The translations under genes were made by a program, and so were the position numbers. DNA of 63,597 nt, counting the filler, from Octopus bimaculoides (lineage: Eukaryota), in the NCBI RefSeq assembly GCF_001194135.2. It is 8 parts of 8 records of this genome, joined end to end, with 100 filler letters (N's around TTAATTAATTAA, not from the genome) between each part and the next. Parts side by side here need not be neighbours in the genome. Positions count along the whole stretch, not along the records: positions 62,544 to 63,597 come from NC_069006.1; 7 more parts are not named here. One strand, written 5' to 3'. Below, piece by piece: positions 62,618 to 63,597 of the stretch. The notes below the pieces were generated by a model. That model ran no database searches, had not been told where the DNA came from, and worked only from the letters and a program-made list of their open reading frames with translations. The first letter of the stretch is position 1. Every line of letters begins with the position of its first letter.

Positions 62618-63349
62618 ATAGTCGTGGCTTAGTGGTTAGGGTGTTCGGTTGACGATCATAAGGTCATGAGTTCGATTCCCGGCTACGCATGCAAGACACT
62701 TTACTCACGTTGCTCCAATCTTTGAACAAGACACTTTACTCACGTTGCTTCAATCCTTGAGCAAGACACTTTACTCACGTTGCTCGAATCCTTGAACAAG
62801 ACACTTTACTCACGTTGCTCCAATCCCTGAGCAAGACACTTTACTCACGTTGCTTGAATCCTTGAACAAGACACTTTACTCGCGTTGCTCGAATCCTTGA
62901 GCAAGACACTTTACTCACGTTGCTCCAATCCCTGAGCAAGACACTTTACTCACGTTGCTCGAATCCTTGAGCAAGACACTTTACTCACGTTGCTCCAATC
63001 TTTGAACAAGACACTTTACTCATGTTGCTCCAATCCCTGAGCAAGACACTTTACTCATGTTGCTCCAATCCCTGAGCAAGACACTTTACTCGCGTTGCTC
63101 GAATCCTTAAGCAAGACACTTTACTCATGTTGCTGTAGTTCCCTCGACTGATAAAAATCAGTTGTATCTGTAATTCAAAAGGTCCAGCCTTAACATATTC
63201 TGCGTCACACTGAATTTTGTTGAAAAATACATTAAGGGCTACGCCTGTCTGTGGAGTACTCAGCCACTTGCGCGTTCATTTCACGAGCCGGCTGTTCCGT
63301 TGATCGGATCAACTGTAACCATCATCGTTGCAACCGACGGAATGCCAGT
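62618..63349 (+). mobile_element. SINE family G with an internally amplified CORE-like domain
   Basis: tRNA head (tggcttagtggttag / gagttcgattccc), then a 35-bp array, then a body matching 3251-3437. Confidence 0.9.
62691..63134 (+). repeat. 35-bp tandem array (GCAAGACACTTTACTCACGTTGCTCCAATCCTTGA), 12 full units + 1 partial
   Basis: Unit starts every 35 bp from 62691 to 63111; substitutions only. Confidence 0.97.
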
Positions 63350-63480
63350 CCAGTGCAGTCGTATGGCTATTGTCCTTCATCTCTTTGAAGAGGTCCAAAT
63401 GACCAGTTTTACTTTTTGTGGGTCCTGAGGATGCTTATTAGGTCAATGTTGGCATAAAATCCACGGCTACAGAGGGCGGG

Positions 63481-63597
63481 GTGGAGGCGCAATGGCCCAG
63501 TGGTTAGGGCAGCGGACTCGCGTCGGAGGATCGCAGTTTCGATTCCCAGACCGGGCGTTGTGTGTGCTTATTGAGCGAAAACACCTAAAGCTCCACG
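63481..63597 (+). mobile_element. SINE family D, cut by the window end
   Basis: Matches the 12759 and 612-772 copies. Confidence 0.9.

Noticed and set aside
62691-63134. CRISPR array
   Set aside because: The 35-bp units are head-to-tail with no unique spacers, there are no cas genes, and the context is a eukaryotic SINE.

Overview
AT-rich, microsatellite-dense eukaryotic DNA from a gappy draft assembly. From the SINE/RTE families, which I recognise from octopod genomes, it is most likely an octopus; this is an inference. Seven identical 100-bp artificial linkers (44N-TTAATTAATTAA-44N) divide the window into blocks whose adjacency is not guaranteed. No host protein-coding gene can be named. 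Almost all ORFs in the track are translations of microsatellites; a few low-confidence candidate exons and one signal-peptide smORF are listed. Mobile DNA dominates: at least five tRNA-derived or unclassified SINE families; RTE LINE pieces (APE, RT, ORF end, 3' UTR with a (GAT)n tail); three different REL-endonuclease LINE relics (Hero-like, R4-like, Dong-like in (TAA)n); Tc1/mariner, hAT and piggyBac-type MITEs; and a ~4.8-kb decayed Helitron carrying a nested Penelope-like fragment, which in turn carries a tRNA-derived SINE. The most notable signals are: two minimal hammerhead ribozyme motifs with identical palindromic stem III but unrelated, fully paired stem II (16700 + and 50279 -); a third, broken hammerhead in the Penelope fragment; a hammerhead-like three-way junction near 4950; a 35-bp minisatellite made from a SINE CORE-like domain; and several long hairpins. 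Coordinates were read by eye and repeat boundaries are approximate.
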